A DNA stretch of 53,593 nt from a virus (taxonomy: Duplodnaviria; Caudoviricetes), in the IMG/VR virus record IMGVR_UViG_3300006802_015709, positions 1-53,593 of that record; one strand, 5' to 3'. Each line of letters opens with the position of its first letter. Position 1 is the first letter of the stretch. The notes beneath the pieces are model-generated. The model had not been told where the DNA came from. It saw nothing but the letters and a program-made list of their open reading frames with translations, and made no database searches. This document shows, one piece after another, positions 1-10,003 of the stretch. The position numbers and the translations under genes are program-made.

Positions 1-1
1 A

Positions 2-766
2 TTTCCAACAGAAATTGTAACATTGCCATCTAAAGGATTGCTATATCCAAAAGACAATCCATTGGCATCTGGTAAAGTTGAAATGAAATATATGACGGCT
101 CGAGAAGAAGATATTCTTACTACACAATCATATATTCAGCAGGGAGTTGTATTAGACAAATTGTTTCAGTCTCTAATAGTAGGAAATGGTGAAGGTCAAA
201 AAATCAATTACAATGATTTGCTAGTAGGTGATAAAAATGCAATTATGATTGCAGCACGTATTTTAGGATATGGTAAAGAATATGTAACAGAGGTTACTAC
301 ACCATCCGGTAAGAAGCAGGAAGAAACAATCGACCTTACTACTATTCAAGATCGTCCATTTAACGAAGAGTTAATCGAACCTGGGGTAAATGAATTCTCA
401 TTCCAGCTACCAGCCAGTAAACGTGTTATAACGTTCAAAGTACTATCGCATAGAGATAATGATGCTATTGAGTCGGAAATGAAAGGCCTTAAGAAACTCC
501 AGCGAAAGACCGGCGGAGCAGATCCTCAATTAACTACCAGATTGGCACATGCTATTGTATCCGTTGATGGAGATGATGACAAAGCTAAAATTCGTAATTT
601 TGTTCGAGAAGAGTTATATGCTATAGATTCTCGAGCATTGAGAGAGTATATGAAAACAGTTCAACCTGACGTTGATATGGATATTGAATTTATTGATGAG
701 GAGACTGGTGAGCCATTTACTTTAAGCTTGCCGATAGGAGTCAACTTTTTTTGGCCTGACGCCTAG
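2..766 (+). CDS. Tail assembly chaperone / T4 gp26-like baseplate hub assembly protein, 5'-truncated
   Basis: Frame is open from position 2 (FPTEIVTLPSKG...). Contains LPSKG..Y, MTAREEDILT, LLVGDKNAIMIAARILGYG and a C-terminal FFWP, and lies upstream of the tape measure gene. Confidence 0.75.
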   Translation, partial: FPTEIVTLPSKGLLYPKDNPLASGKVEMKYMTAREEDILTTQSYIQQGVVLDKLFQSLIVGNGEGQKINYNDLLVGDKNAIMIAARILGYGKEYVTEVTTPSGKKQEETIDLTTIQDRPFNEELIEPGVNEFSFQLPASKRVITFKVLSHRDNDAIESEMKGLKKLQRKTGGADPQLTTRLAHAIVSVDGDDDKAKIRNFVREELYAIDSRALREYMKTVQPDVDMDIEFIDEETGEPFTLSLPIGVNFFWPDA

Positions 767-971
767 CTACCGACTTACACTCCATAAACAAATATTTGAT
801 CTTGTGTATTGGGGCAAGGGTGGTTTCACCTGGTCTGATGTGTATGATATGCCTGTTTGGTTACGCACGTTCTATATTAGAAGTGTTGACAATGTGCATA
901 AACAAAAAGCCAAGGCCGAAGAGGATGCTGTTAAAAAGGCCAAGGCAAAAGGGTCAGGAAAGCGCAGATAA
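747..971 (+). CDS. Frameshift-accessed C-terminal extension of the tail chaperone (G-T type product); not in the ORF track
   Basis: The +1 frame from the T7 run (746-752) reads FFGLTPSYRLTLHKQIFDLVYWGKGGFTWSDVYDMPVWLRTFYIRS...KRR*. It is bounded upstream by TAG at 735-737 and has no ATG before the protein-like segment. Confidence 0.7.
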   Translation, partial: FFGLTPSYRLTLHKQIFDLVYWGKGGFTWSDVYDMPVWLRTFYIRSVDNVHKQKAKAEEDAVKKAKAKGSGKRR

Positions 972-983
972 TTTGATATCCTT

Positions 984-992
984 ATATTTATA
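984..992 (+). promoter_or_regulatory. Putative phage late promoter ATATTTATA
   Basis: The same motif recurs in intergenic gaps just before starts at 8575, 11361, 12757, 18241, 20196 and 36705. Confidence 0.55.
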
Positions 993-1010
993 AGAAAGAA
1001 GGGTACTGTT

Positions 1011-1274
1011 ATGGCAAAAGATCCATTAGAACATTATGGTAAGCAAATTAACGAATCTATTATGGGATCGTTGTTAGGATTAATGTTTGCACCTAAACTA
1101 AAAAAGATGTTTGGAAAGCTATATAAGCAAGCAAATAACGATCCAGAATTAAAAGCAGCCTTAATAGATTATGCTAAACAAGGTAGCCGGCTTAAGGATA
1201 TAATGGATACATTATGCGACCGTAACCCAGATTTTCCTGAATGCAAAAAACGACGACGTAGACATAGGAGATAA
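1011..1274 (+). CDS. Hypothetical protein (87 aa)
   Basis: Preceded by the late-promoter motif, abuts the tape measure gene, basic C-terminus. Confidence 0.7.
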   Translation: MAKDPLEHYGKQINESIMGSLLGLMFAPKLKKMFGKLYKQANNDPELKAALIDYAKQGSRLKDIMDTLCDRNPDFPECKKRRRRHRR

Positions 1275-1276
1275 TA

Positions 1277-3511
1277 ATGGCAAACCAAATGTCTCCGGAA
1301 GAATTAGCAAGATTAGAAGCTCAATTAACTAGTTTAGCTGATAAATTACAACAACAACAACGATTATCAGTAAAGGTAAATCAAGATCAATTAGATCAAT
1401 TTGATGATATTACCAGTAAGCTAGAAGAGCAAGTACGATTATATTATCAAAGTGACACGGCATTAAAAAAATTAGTCGGAGATGCTAGAGATTTTGTTAC
1501 AGTGCAGGATGCTATTAATAAAAAACTAAAGACTAATTCGAAAGGTATATTAAGTATGGCACGTGCCATGAATGGATTGGTTTCAGAATTAGATAGATTT
1601 GTTGATATGCTTCCTGGTGGCAAAATATTAACTGAGTTACTTGGAGTAAATGATTTACGTGATAATTTACAAGAAGCATTAGATGTTGGTATTAAAACAT
1701 TAGGAGAAAGTTTAGCTAACGGTGCAGATGAAGCAGATGCATTGCAAGCAGCTGCTCAGGCCTTTACTGGACATTTAGCTGTTGGTAGATTAGCGGCACT
1801 TGGATTAGTAGCAGCTATTGGTGCATTAGTAACATTAGCAGTCTCATTAGAAAAACAATTTGCAGGTATAGCAAAAGAAACAGGTATTACGGTATCACAA
1901 TCAGAAGAATTAGCTAAATCATCACAAGCTGTAGCAAATAGATTAGATGCTCAACTAATAACGATGGGAGATGTATTAGCAGTACAAAAGGCTACTATAA
2001 AAGAATTTGGTACTATGGCTATGATAACTCCAGAGATAGCAGCAGAAGTTGCTAATATTGGAGAGGCATTTGGGTATGGTGCAGAGGAAGCTGCAAAAGT
2101 AAATAATGCATTATTAGGATTAGGTGTACCTGCAAAAGAAGCCGCAGATGCACAAAGGGAATTGGCGGCAGAGGCCTTAAAGGCCGGAGTTAACGTAGGA
2201 ACGGTTACAGCTGATATAGCTACAAATGCAAAATCTACAGCAAAATTCTTTGGAGGAAATGTTAAAGCATTAACCAATGCCGCTGTAGAAGCTGCTAAAT
2301 TAGGCGTAAGTTTAGATCAAATGGTTAAAACGGCTGATTCCTTATTAGATATAGAATCTAGCTTAGCTAATCAATTTGAATTTATGGCCTTAACTGGTAA
2401 AGAAATTAATTTTGATGAGGCACGTCGATTAGCAGCAAATAATGACATTGCAGGTGCTACTAAGCTAATATTAGACGGAATGGGTGGAATTGCCGAATTT
2501 CAAGAAATGGATACATTCCAAAAAGAAGCCGCAGCTAAGGCAGCGGGAATGTCTGTTGAAGAATTATCTAAATCGTTAGCAATTCAAGAAAAATTAGGCG
2601 ATGCTACTGCAGACCAATTGGCCGCTGCGCAAGGCTTAGGTTTGACGGCAGCCGAAATAGCTAACTTAAGCGATGAAGATCTGCAGACTCGGTTAGAACA
2701 AGAACAATCTGCTAAAAAACTAAATGCAAATTTTACAGATTTAGGAAATGAATTGAAATTATCATTGCTACCTGTAGCAGAATCATTATTAGCTATTATA
2801 TCAGCCATCAGCCCAGTCTTAAAAGTCGTTGGAATCTTAGTTAAAGCGATTATGTCACCATTAATAGGTGTATATGAAATGTTCGATGCTATGTATAAAA
2901 TATTAACAGGTTCTACCGATCAATTATCTGCAATGGGTGAAGTACTTGGTGTCGTTGGTATTGCATTAGCTGCAATTGGCTCGGCAATAGCAATAGGCTT
3001 TTTACCAGCTATAATATCTGCAGCATATGGAGCGTTGGCCATGGCAGGTAGCTTAATTGCTGGTGCATTTGCAGCATTGGGTCCATTTGGTATTCCATTA
3101 GGAATTGCTGCAATAGCCGGCTTAGCATCAATGGTAATGCCTAGTATTTTTAAGGCAGAATCGGCAGGCGATATGTTCTCCCCGGCCGATGGTAGAACTC
3201 AAATATCAACTAAAGAGGGTGGATTATTTCAATTATCTAAAAATGATGATGTTATAGCAGCCCCTGGCCTGGCAAATGCAATGGCTGGAATAACATCTCC
3301 TGAAACAATAATCGCACCGCCAGCTGGAACAAATACTAATACCGCCGGTAGCACAGATATGAGCACAACAAATGCATTACTAAATCAATTGGTAAACAAT
3401 ATAAGTGCATTATCAAATAGACCAGTACAAATAGTAATAGGTGGTAGAGTAGTAGATGAAATCAAAGCACAGGCAGATATTAATAGTACTTATGTAGTAG
3501 GAGCGGGATAA
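1277..3511 (+). CDS. Tail tape measure protein
   Basis: 744 aa Ala/Leu-rich helical protein with LLDIESS...E...LTGK.IN...AR motif and hydrophobic C-terminal segments. Follows the chaperone gene. Confidence 0.85.
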   Translation: MANQMSPEELARLEAQLTSLADKLQQQQRLSVKVNQDQLDQFDDITSKLEEQVRLYYQSDTALKKLVGDARDFVTVQDAINKKLKTNSKGILSMARAMNGLVSELDRFVDMLPGGKILTELLGVNDLRDNLQEALDVGIKTLGESLANGADEADALQAAAQAFTGHLAVGRLAALGLVAAIGALVTLAVSLEKQFAGIAKETGITVSQSEELAKSSQAVANRLDAQLITMGDVLAVQKATIKEFGTMAMITPEIAAEVANIGEAFGYGAEEAAKVNNALLGLGVPAKEAADAQRELAAEALKAGVNVGTVTADIATNAKSTAKFFGGNVKALTNAAVEAAKLGVSLDQMVKTADSLLDIESSLANQFEFMALTGKEINFDEARRLAANNDIAGATKLILDGMGGIAEFQEMDTFQKEAAAKAAGMSVEELSKSLAIQEKLGDATADQLAAAQGLGLTAAEIANLSDEDLQTRLEQEQSAKKLNANFTDLGNELKLSLLPVAESLLAIISAISPVLKVVGILVKAIMSPLIGVYEMFDAMYKILTGSTDQLSAMGEVLGVVGIALAAIGSAIAIGFLPAIISAAYGALAMAGSLIAGAFAALGPFGIPLGIAAIAGLASMVMPSIFKAESAGDMFSPADGRTQISTKEGGLFQLSKNDDVIAAPGLANAMAGITSPETIIAPPAGTNTNTAGSTDMSTTNALLNQLVNNISALSNRPVQIVIGGRVVDEIKAQADINSTYVVGAG

Positions 3512-5628
3512 TGGCATTAACAGAATTAGTATCGAATTTATCAACCGGCCAAGTTGGATTGCCATTATCCGCTACTCCATATGCAGAAGAAACCACATAT
3601 CCATTTCCGGCACCTACCGGTCCAGGAAGCGGTAATGGAGCTCCTCAGGATGGTACTTTATTTAATGATAGTGATAACAATGGTATTCCGGACAGAATGC
3701 GTCGCGGATTTAGCACTACCGGTTTAGTAACTGATTTTGGATTGAAAGAAGCTTCTTATAACAAATTCAATTTAAGAACGGATTCCTGGAATGCAAATAG
3801 CCTAGGACCTGCAACGGATCAACCTTTCATATTACGAGGTTTGCAAAGAGCCGGAGAAACGGAACCTCAATACTGGGGAGGATTTGCAGATACTATTAGC
3901 GATACTCCTCGAGGCGGTATTTCTGCATTTGTAGAAAGAGATTTAGTAGATAAAGTAAGAATAGGAAAATTTCTACTATCACCAAAAGGATTAGCATATT
4001 CAGCTAAGCAATTTGGATTGCAGGTAATGAATCCAAATGTAGAAAGTTTCTTAGGAGTACCAATACCAATACCGGCCCCATTAACGAACAAATTTTACAA
4101 TCCACTATCACCGCTTTATCAGAATCCATTATTAGGAGTTCGTGCACGTAGAGATACTATATTGCCGGTTGATATAGGCTATCGTTATGGAGATATATTT
4201 ACTATACGTAATGTTACTGGATTAGGTACTCAATTCAACCGTCTAAATTTATTAAGACAAGAAACCTTTGGTCCTATAGGAACTGCAACCGGTGCTGCAG
4301 TAGGAATAGCACCAGGATTACCGTTTCTTACATTAACATCTGTAACTGGTCCTAAATCGGTATTTGGATTAGGTATTACACCTATAAGTCGATATACCAA
4401 TACATCGCTATCACAATATAATTTATTAGGTCCGAATTTCACTAACGGATTGGCATTTGTTACTAATCCTATAGCATTGATAGATGTGACGAAACAATCT
4501 ACGGCTGCGAGTGGAATAGCTTATAATGCAGCTAGATATACAGATCTTAAACCATATTTAGGATTAGTACCATCCTATGATCCGGGATCAGATGATTCCA
4601 TATGGTCTAATACAGGAAATGCTAAGCTTAGTAAAATAATAAAAGACCCTACATCATTCCCAGGAAATTCCAAAGTATTAGGTAATGATCGTAATTTAAC
4701 TGATTTTACTAAGCGATATAATACAGTAGCGTATGGTCAGCTAGAACGTAATACTGCAATACATGATTTTAGATCGGATTTATCTAATCCAGTTGATTAT
4801 CCGTTCGGTATAAAATCAACTAATACCGGCATCGGTAAAAATGCTAAGGATCAAGAGTACAAGGATAGCAATTTAGTTAAAAGAATTGGTATTGGTGATT
4901 ACGGTGCAATAAATTTAGATAGAAGTGATCCACGATATGTACTAGATAACAATACCACTGTTATTACATCGCACAAAGACAAAGCCGACCAATTGGTATT
5001 AGGTAATAGTACGAAAGATTTGGTTCAATTTGTAATACAGATATTTGAAGACAACCAATATAAAACTGTAACACGATTTAGATCGTATATTGATAGTGTA
5101 TCAACTAGCTTCAATCTAAGTGTTAAATCAGTATTTCCAGCAAACGCTGTTATACCATTCGATGCTTATGATAGAACGGTACGTCAATTGAGCGTTGATT
5201 TTAAAGTACCTATATTATCTGCTGTAGAACGTGAAATTATTATGGGTAAATTAAATACTCTAGCTAAGCTACAATACGGTATACGCAGTACTACAAATTC
5301 TGGTAATGATGCAGCTTCGAGTGCAGAATTCTCAGATCCCCGTCTCAATGATAATGACAACGATGCTAATGAAACGACCCCGGGAGATGTTTCGGATGAA
5401 AAGCCCCAAGCAGCTCCTCTTAGAATTAAAATTGGTAACTTTACAAGTATAGGATGTATAATAAATAGTTTATCATATGATATTGATAATGAAACACCAT
5501 GGGATATAGATTATGAAACGCCAATGATTGTTAATGTATCATTACAGGCAACAGAAACTGCAGCTGCATATAGAGCAGATGAAATTTCAAATTTTGCATA
5601 TAGACAATCAGGTAAACTAATAGGATAA
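3511..5628 (+). CDS. Virion tail/baseplate protein with C-terminal tail-tube-initiator-like domain
   Basis: Lies between tape measure and LysM genes. The C-terminal FRSYIDS...YDRTVRQLSVDF...LRIKIG...PWDID...PMIVNVSL pattern is typical of myophage tube-initiator domains. Confidence 0.6.
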   Translation: MALTELVSNLSTGQVGLPLSATPYAEETTYPFPAPTGPGSGNGAPQDGTLFNDSDNNGIPDRMRRGFSTTGLVTDFGLKEASYNKFNLRTDSWNANSLGPATDQPFILRGLQRAGETEPQYWGGFADTISDTPRGGISAFVERDLVDKVRIGKFLLSPKGLAYSAKQFGLQVMNPNVESFLGVPIPIPAPLTNKFYNPLSPLYQNPLLGVRARRDTILPVDIGYRYGDIFTIRNVTGLGTQFNRLNLLRQETFGPIGTATGAAVGIAPGLPFLTLTSVTGPKSVFGLGITPISRYTNTSLSQYNLLGPNFTNGLAFVTNPIALIDVTKQSTAASGIAYNAARYTDLKPYLGLVPSYDPGSDDSIWSNTGNAKLSKIIKDPTSFPGNSKVLGNDRNLTDFTKRYNTVAYGQLERNTAIHDFRSDLSNPVDYPFGIKSTNTGIGKNAKDQEYKDSNLVKRIGIGDYGAINLDRSDPRYVLDNNTTVITSHKDKADQLVLGNSTKDLVQFVIQIFEDNQYKTVTRFRSYIDSVSTSFNLSVKSVFPANAVIPFDAYDRTVRQLSVDFKVPILSAVEREIIMGKLNTLAKLQYGIRSTTNSGNDAASSAEFSDPRLNDNDNDANETTPGDVSDEKPQAAPLRIKIGNFTSIGCIINSLSYDIDNETPWDIDYETPMIVNVSLQATETAAAYRADEISNFAYRQSGKLIG

Positions 5629-5631
5629 TTT

Positions 5632-5916
5632 ATGTATCGAGGAATATCAACCAATAAAATTGCCAGAGAAAATATTAATGGAACTTTAGGTCCTAAATAT
5701 TATAGATCTAGTATTATAGATAGTTACGTGCCAGATTCCCGTGATACATATTTTTATTCACGTGAAGGTGATCGTTTAGATTTGCTAGCTAATGAATTTT
5801 ACAATGATGTCACATTGTGGTGGGTTATAGCATCAGCAAATAATCTAGGAAAAGGTACATTCTCTATACCACCTGGAAAATTAATACGAATACCGTATAA
5901 TCGAGATTTTAAATAG
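5632..5916 (+). CDS. LysM-domain baseplate wedge protein (gp53/tail X-like)
   Basis: EGDRLDLLANEFYNDVTLWWVIASAN...G..IRIP motif. Confidence 0.85.
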   Translation: MYRGISTNKIARENINGTLGPKYYRSSIIDSYVPDSRDTYFYSREGDRLDLLANEFYNDVTLWWVIASANNLGKGTFSIPPGKLIRIPYNRDFK

Positions 5917-5921
5917 TTATT

Positions 5922-8003
5922 ATGGCTAGCGATATATTTTTTAATACTACTTATAAAGATACTCTTATTGCAGACCTAGGAAATCGGTTCGGAGCCTTAT
6001 CAGAAAAAGTACAAGTGAGAAATAAACTCTCGAAACTGTCACCGGTAGTAAATAATATTAAAGTTAATGCTGTTTTTTTTGATAATACCAATGAACAAAC
6101 TATAATCGCTAGATTTAAAAATGAATTATTGACTAAATATACAAATAAAAATGGAGAAACGGTTGAAGTTCCTTTTCAATCAACAAGAACTAATACAACT
6201 CCACAAATAACAGATATTAATATTGATATTGGCGGAACTGATAAAACAGGTCGAGTTGTAAAAGGTTCAATGACGATAGAACTTACAGGTCATAATAATC
6301 TGGAAATTTTATTATCTAATGTAGCTGTAATAGGCAACTCATTTGTAATTGGCGTAAAAAATGTATGGAATAAAGGTATATTAGCATATCCTGAAGCCAA
6401 TGAATTATCATTTCAATGTAGAGTATTTAATTTTAGTTATACTGCCGGAGGAGAATATGAAACAAGCTGGAAGGTAACAATTGACTTTATGTCTTCCAGT
6501 ACTGGATATTCTAATCTTAATGTGTTTTCACCGATAAATATAAAGTCTGATAAGATACCATCCTGGTGGCCGAAATCATTTAGAGCCCGAGATGAATCTG
6601 GTGACGTGACAACTGAATCTGAAAATGTGACCAACCTTAATGAACTATTTTTAGCTATTTATGATGAGCTTGATCAATCTACAAAATTTAAAGATGCAGT
6701 TCCTCTAAAAGTTAAAGACAAATATATAGTACTAAAGCAAACAGTAAAGGCAAATGACATTGAAGCCCCATGGTGGGATGGACAGCCAACTACTTTAACT
6801 GAATATTATATAACTTTAGATGGTATTATAAATATCGTTAATTCATATATCAAATATCAGGCTAAAGAATCTGAAGATGAACAACTAGAAGAATTCGAGA
6901 TTACATATCCATTAGATGAAGCTGGAAATAAGGTATATACTGGTAATTGGACTGAATATATAATATCTGCAGACCCTGGCAGGATATTATTATTAAATAC
7001 CAAATCTAGATTTTTTAATTTTAAAACGTCGACAGGTCCTAGTACGGTATATAAAGCTACTAAATCTAAATATGAAAATTCTATATCTTATTATAATACA
7101 GATACTACACGAGGCGATATACGTAATATTTTTATATCCAGAACTGTATTAATAGAAATTGCAGATAAAATTTTAACAAATAAATCATCTGATGAAACCA
7201 TTAAGGCAAAGTCTATCAATCTTTTTTTTAAAAAAATATTTGATGAAATAAAATTACAGACAGGTAATATTATCGATTTAAGATTATCACCGAATGTACA
7301 AGCAGCATCTACGGGTAATAATGATACTAATTTAACAGTTATCGATTTTAATGCAACTCCAAAGCTTGAAGCATTACCTGAGCCTATAGGATTTTATATA
7401 TATCCCGGAACCCAAGGACATATTATTAATTTTGAAGAAAAAAATGGATTTACAATAACAGGAAAGGTACCGCAATCTTTAGCATCAAAAGCATTTGTTA
7501 AAAATGCTAATATCATAGCATCGCCTGAAAATTCAAATACTCCTAATAATCAAATAATTGCAACATTAACGGATTCAGAAATTAATACACTTAAAGATAA
7601 GTTAAAAACGCTTACTAGTAAATATGGTAGTAATTTAGATAAGCTAAGTAGCGATACGACCTTAATACAGGATATTTTAAGAGAATTATATAATGCGAAT
7701 ATAATAAATACTGAAAGCAAGACGGTACCAAATACAACTGATATTATTGAAAGCAAGCGAGTAACAACAACATTAGAGTTAAGCATACAATCAAATGGTA
7801 TTAATGGATTTGAATGGGGACATGGATTAGTAATTAAGCCATTACCATCTACTGTACCAGATAACACAGCATTTATGATAACTAAAATTAATCATAAAGT
7901 TGCAACTCCAAAAGACAGTACTGAAAAGCAATGGATTACAACATTAACTTGTCAAGCTACAATAAAAAAATTCAAACCACCACAAATTTATTATGGAGAA
8001 TAA
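5922..8003 (+). CDS. Putative baseplate hub protein
   Basis: Position after the LysM gene; C-terminal G..GF.WG...FMITKINHKV...WITTL pattern resembles gp27-like hubs. Confidence 0.5.
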   Translation: MASDIFFNTTYKDTLIADLGNRFGALSEKVQVRNKLSKLSPVVNNIKVNAVFFDNTNEQTIIARFKNELLTKYTNKNGETVEVPFQSTRTNTTPQITDINIDIGGTDKTGRVVKGSMTIELTGHNNLEILLSNVAVIGNSFVIGVKNVWNKGILAYPEANELSFQCRVFNFSYTAGGEYETSWKVTIDFMSSSTGYSNLNVFSPINIKSDKIPSWWPKSFRARDESGDVTTESENVTNLNELFLAIYDELDQSTKFKDAVPLKVKDKYIVLKQTVKANDIEAPWWDGQPTTLTEYYITLDGIINIVNSYIKYQAKESEDEQLEEFEITYPLDEAGNKVYTGNWTEYIISADPGRILLLNTKSRFFNFKTSTGPSTVYKATKSKYENSISYYNTDTTRGDIRNIFISRTVLIEIADKILTNKSSDETIKAKSINLFFKKIFDEIKLQTGNIIDLRLSPNVQAASTGNNDTNLTVIDFNATPKLEALPEPIGFYIYPGTQGHIINFEEKNGFTITGKVPQSLASKAFVKNANIIASPENSNTPNNQIIATLTDSEINTLKDKLKTLTSKYGSNLDKLSSDTTLIQDILRELYNANIINTESKTVPNTTDIIESKRVTTTLELSIQSNGINGFEWGHGLVIKPLPSTVPDNTAFMITKINHKVATPKDSTEKQWITTLTCQATIKKFKPPQIYYGE

Positions 8004-8573
8004 ATGAGTCGATGGAAAACTAAAATACGATATGGATATACCACTAACGGTGAATTCATAAACACGCTCACAACAGAAACATATGAAGGACCATTCTTTG
8101 AACTGCGTGGTCGGTATTATGAATCTAATCCCAATAGCCAAACATTGAGTCAATACGAACTAACAAGAATACCGGTATCACTAAACAACGCAAACACAAA
8201 AAAGTATAATGAATTAACGGATGGCACATTCCAACCAAGACGCATAATTCAACCTTACTTTCCAGTACCAACAGAATCGGATTATCAAAACTCATTCTTT
8301 ACTCGATATATAGTGCAAAAGCGAAACGAGCGTCAATTCATATATGAAGTATCAGCTGCCAATTACGCAGAGATATCTGCTTCTCCGCTATTTGCTTCGG
8401 CTACACTACAATGGCAATTGATAGGTACGGAATCAGATGTTGCAAAAAAGAATGCTGATGAGATCCGAAAGGCATCTGCAAATATTATTGGATTACGAGA
8501 TTTTCTTACTATATTAACTGAGTTTCGAGTACCGTTTAAAACTGATGCAGAATTCAGCGAAACGAAACTTTGA
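8004..8573 (+). CDS. Conserved phage hypothetical protein (baseplate region)
   Basis: YTTNGEF...YEGPF and P.PTESDY...FFTRY motifs; tightly packed with neighbours. Confidence 0.65.
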   Translation: MSRWKTKIRYGYTTNGEFINTLTTETYEGPFFELRGRYYESNPNSQTLSQYELTRIPVSLNNANTKKYNELTDGTFQPRRIIQPYFPVPTESDYQNSFFTRYIVQKRNERQFIYEVSAANYAEISASPLFASATLQWQLIGTESDVAKKNADEIRKASANIIGLRDFLTILTEFRVPFKTDAEFSETKL

Positions 8574-8574
8574 T

Positions 8575-8583
8575 ATATTTATA
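8575..8583 (+). promoter_or_regulatory. Putative late promoter ATATTTATA
   Basis: ATATTTATATTAAAGG is identical to the 16-mer at 36705. Confidence 0.55.
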
Positions 8584-8597
8584 TTAAAGGTTAAAGT

Positions 8598-9971
8598 ATG
8601 AATCCATCCTCTTTACGCATATCATTAGTATCATTACTCAATGAGATAACTCCCGGCCAATTGAAAAATAAATTGATAAAGGGAGTACCTTTAACCCCTG
8701 AAGAATTAAATGTACGTAAGCTCGATTTACGCAATACTGATATCACTTCATTACCTCCCGGCCTTAGAGTTAAAGGTAATCTCGATTTAGAAGGTACCAA
8801 AATCACCACATTACCTGATGATCTTGAAGTTGGTGGTAATCTCGATTTAGAAGGTACCAAAATCACCACATTACCCAACGACCTTAAGGTTGGTGGATTT
8901 CTTGTTATTAACAAGACTGAAATTACCACATTACCCAACGACTTAGGGGTTAGTGGTATTAATGCCATCGGTTCAAAGCTCACATCGCTACCTGACAATC
9001 TCGAAGTTGATAGTCATCTTTATTTAAGTGATACCCCAATCACTTCATTGCCTAAAAATCTTAAGGTGGGTGGTAGTCTTTATTTAAAAAATACCAAAAT
9101 TACTTCGCTACCTGACAATCTCGAAGTCGGACTAGATCCAGCCTATATAGGGTACGCCGATCTCGATTTAAGGGGTACCCCAATCACTTCATTACCTAAA
9201 GGACTCAAAGTTGGTGGTAATCTTAAATTACAAGATACCAAAATTGCTTCATTACCTGATGACGTCGAGGCCCAAATAATCTGGATGCGTGGTACCCCAA
9301 TCACTTCATTACCTGATAATTTTACGTTTAATGGTTCACTTGATTTAAGTGAAACCGGAATCACCAAACTACCAGATAATCTTAAGGTCAGTGGTCATCT
9401 TTGGTTAGATGATACCAAAATCGCTTCACTGCCTAATAATCTTAAGGTTGGCAAAGACCTCAGGTTAACTAATACTCCAATCACTTCATTACCCGACGAT
9501 CTCGAAGTTGGCGGCGGGTTTGATTTAAGGGATACCGAACTCACTTCGCTGCCTGCAGGATTCAAAGTTAAAGGCAATCTTATCGTACCTAAAGCTACCA
9601 CTTCATTACCAGCCGATCTTACTGTTCGCGGCAGTTTAAAATTAGGTGGTACTGCGATCACTTCATTACCAGATGATCTTAAGGTAGGTGACACCCTCGA
9701 TTTACGTGATACTGGAATCGTATCGATACCTAATAGGCTTAGGGTTGGTTATGCTCGGCCTGTTCAATATAATGAACAATTAGGTTATCATCTTGATTTG
9801 AGAGATACTCCGTTAGCTAAACAATATAGAAAACAAGCTAAAATTGTACGCAGTGCGCCTGGGTATGTTCCGAAATTTTCTAATAGCGAAAGCGATGGGG
9901 ATGTTGCAGGTAGGCTACTTAGACGAGATATTGAATCGAAAGGTGGTAAAGTCGGTAGAATATTTATCTAG
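8598..9971 (+). CDS. Leucine-rich repeat protein (about 20-aa repeats LxLxxTxITSLPxxLxVGG)
   Basis: Roughly 16 tandem repeats visible in the translation. Confidence 0.9.
   Translation: MNPSSLRISLVSLLNEITPGQLKNKLIKGVPLTPEELNVRKLDLRNTDITSLPPGLRVKGNLDLEGTKITTLPDDLEVGGNLDLEGTKITTLPNDLKVGGFLVINKTEITTLPNDLGVSGINAIGSKLTSLPDNLEVDSHLYLSDTPITSLPKNLKVGGSLYLKNTKITSLPDNLEVGLDPAYIGYADLDLRGTPITSLPKGLKVGGNLKLQDTKIASLPDDVEAQIIWMRGTPITSLPDNFTFNGSLDLSETGITKLPDNLKVSGHLWLDDTKIASLPNNLKVGKDLRLTNTPITSLPDDLEVGGGFDLRDTELTSLPAGFKVKGNLIVPKATTSLPADLTVRGSLKLGGTAITSLPDDLKVGDTLDLRDTGIVSIPNRLRVGYARPVQYNEQLGYHLDLRDTPLAKQYRKQAKIVRSAPGYVPKFSNSESDGDVAGRLLRRDIESKGGKVGRIFI
8775..8875 (+). repeat. 41-bp perfect direct repeat with 60-bp period inside the LRR gene
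   Basis: GGTAATCTCGATTTAGAAGGTACCAAAATCACCACATTACC at 8775-8815 and 8835-8875. Confidence 0.9.
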
Positions 9972-10003
9972 GATTATTGAAATTATTTTCTTAAATTCAT
10001 TAT

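Noticed and set aside
796-993. 65-aa ORF from the track
   Set aside because: TTG start, implausible sequence, and it overlaps the late motif. The other frame (747-971) is the protein-like one.
8700-9750. Possible CRISPR array or DGR repeats in the periodic DNA
   Set aside because: The repeats are in-frame, degenerate at codon third positions and lack unique spacers. No reverse transcriptase or adenine-specific TR/VR pair was seen.
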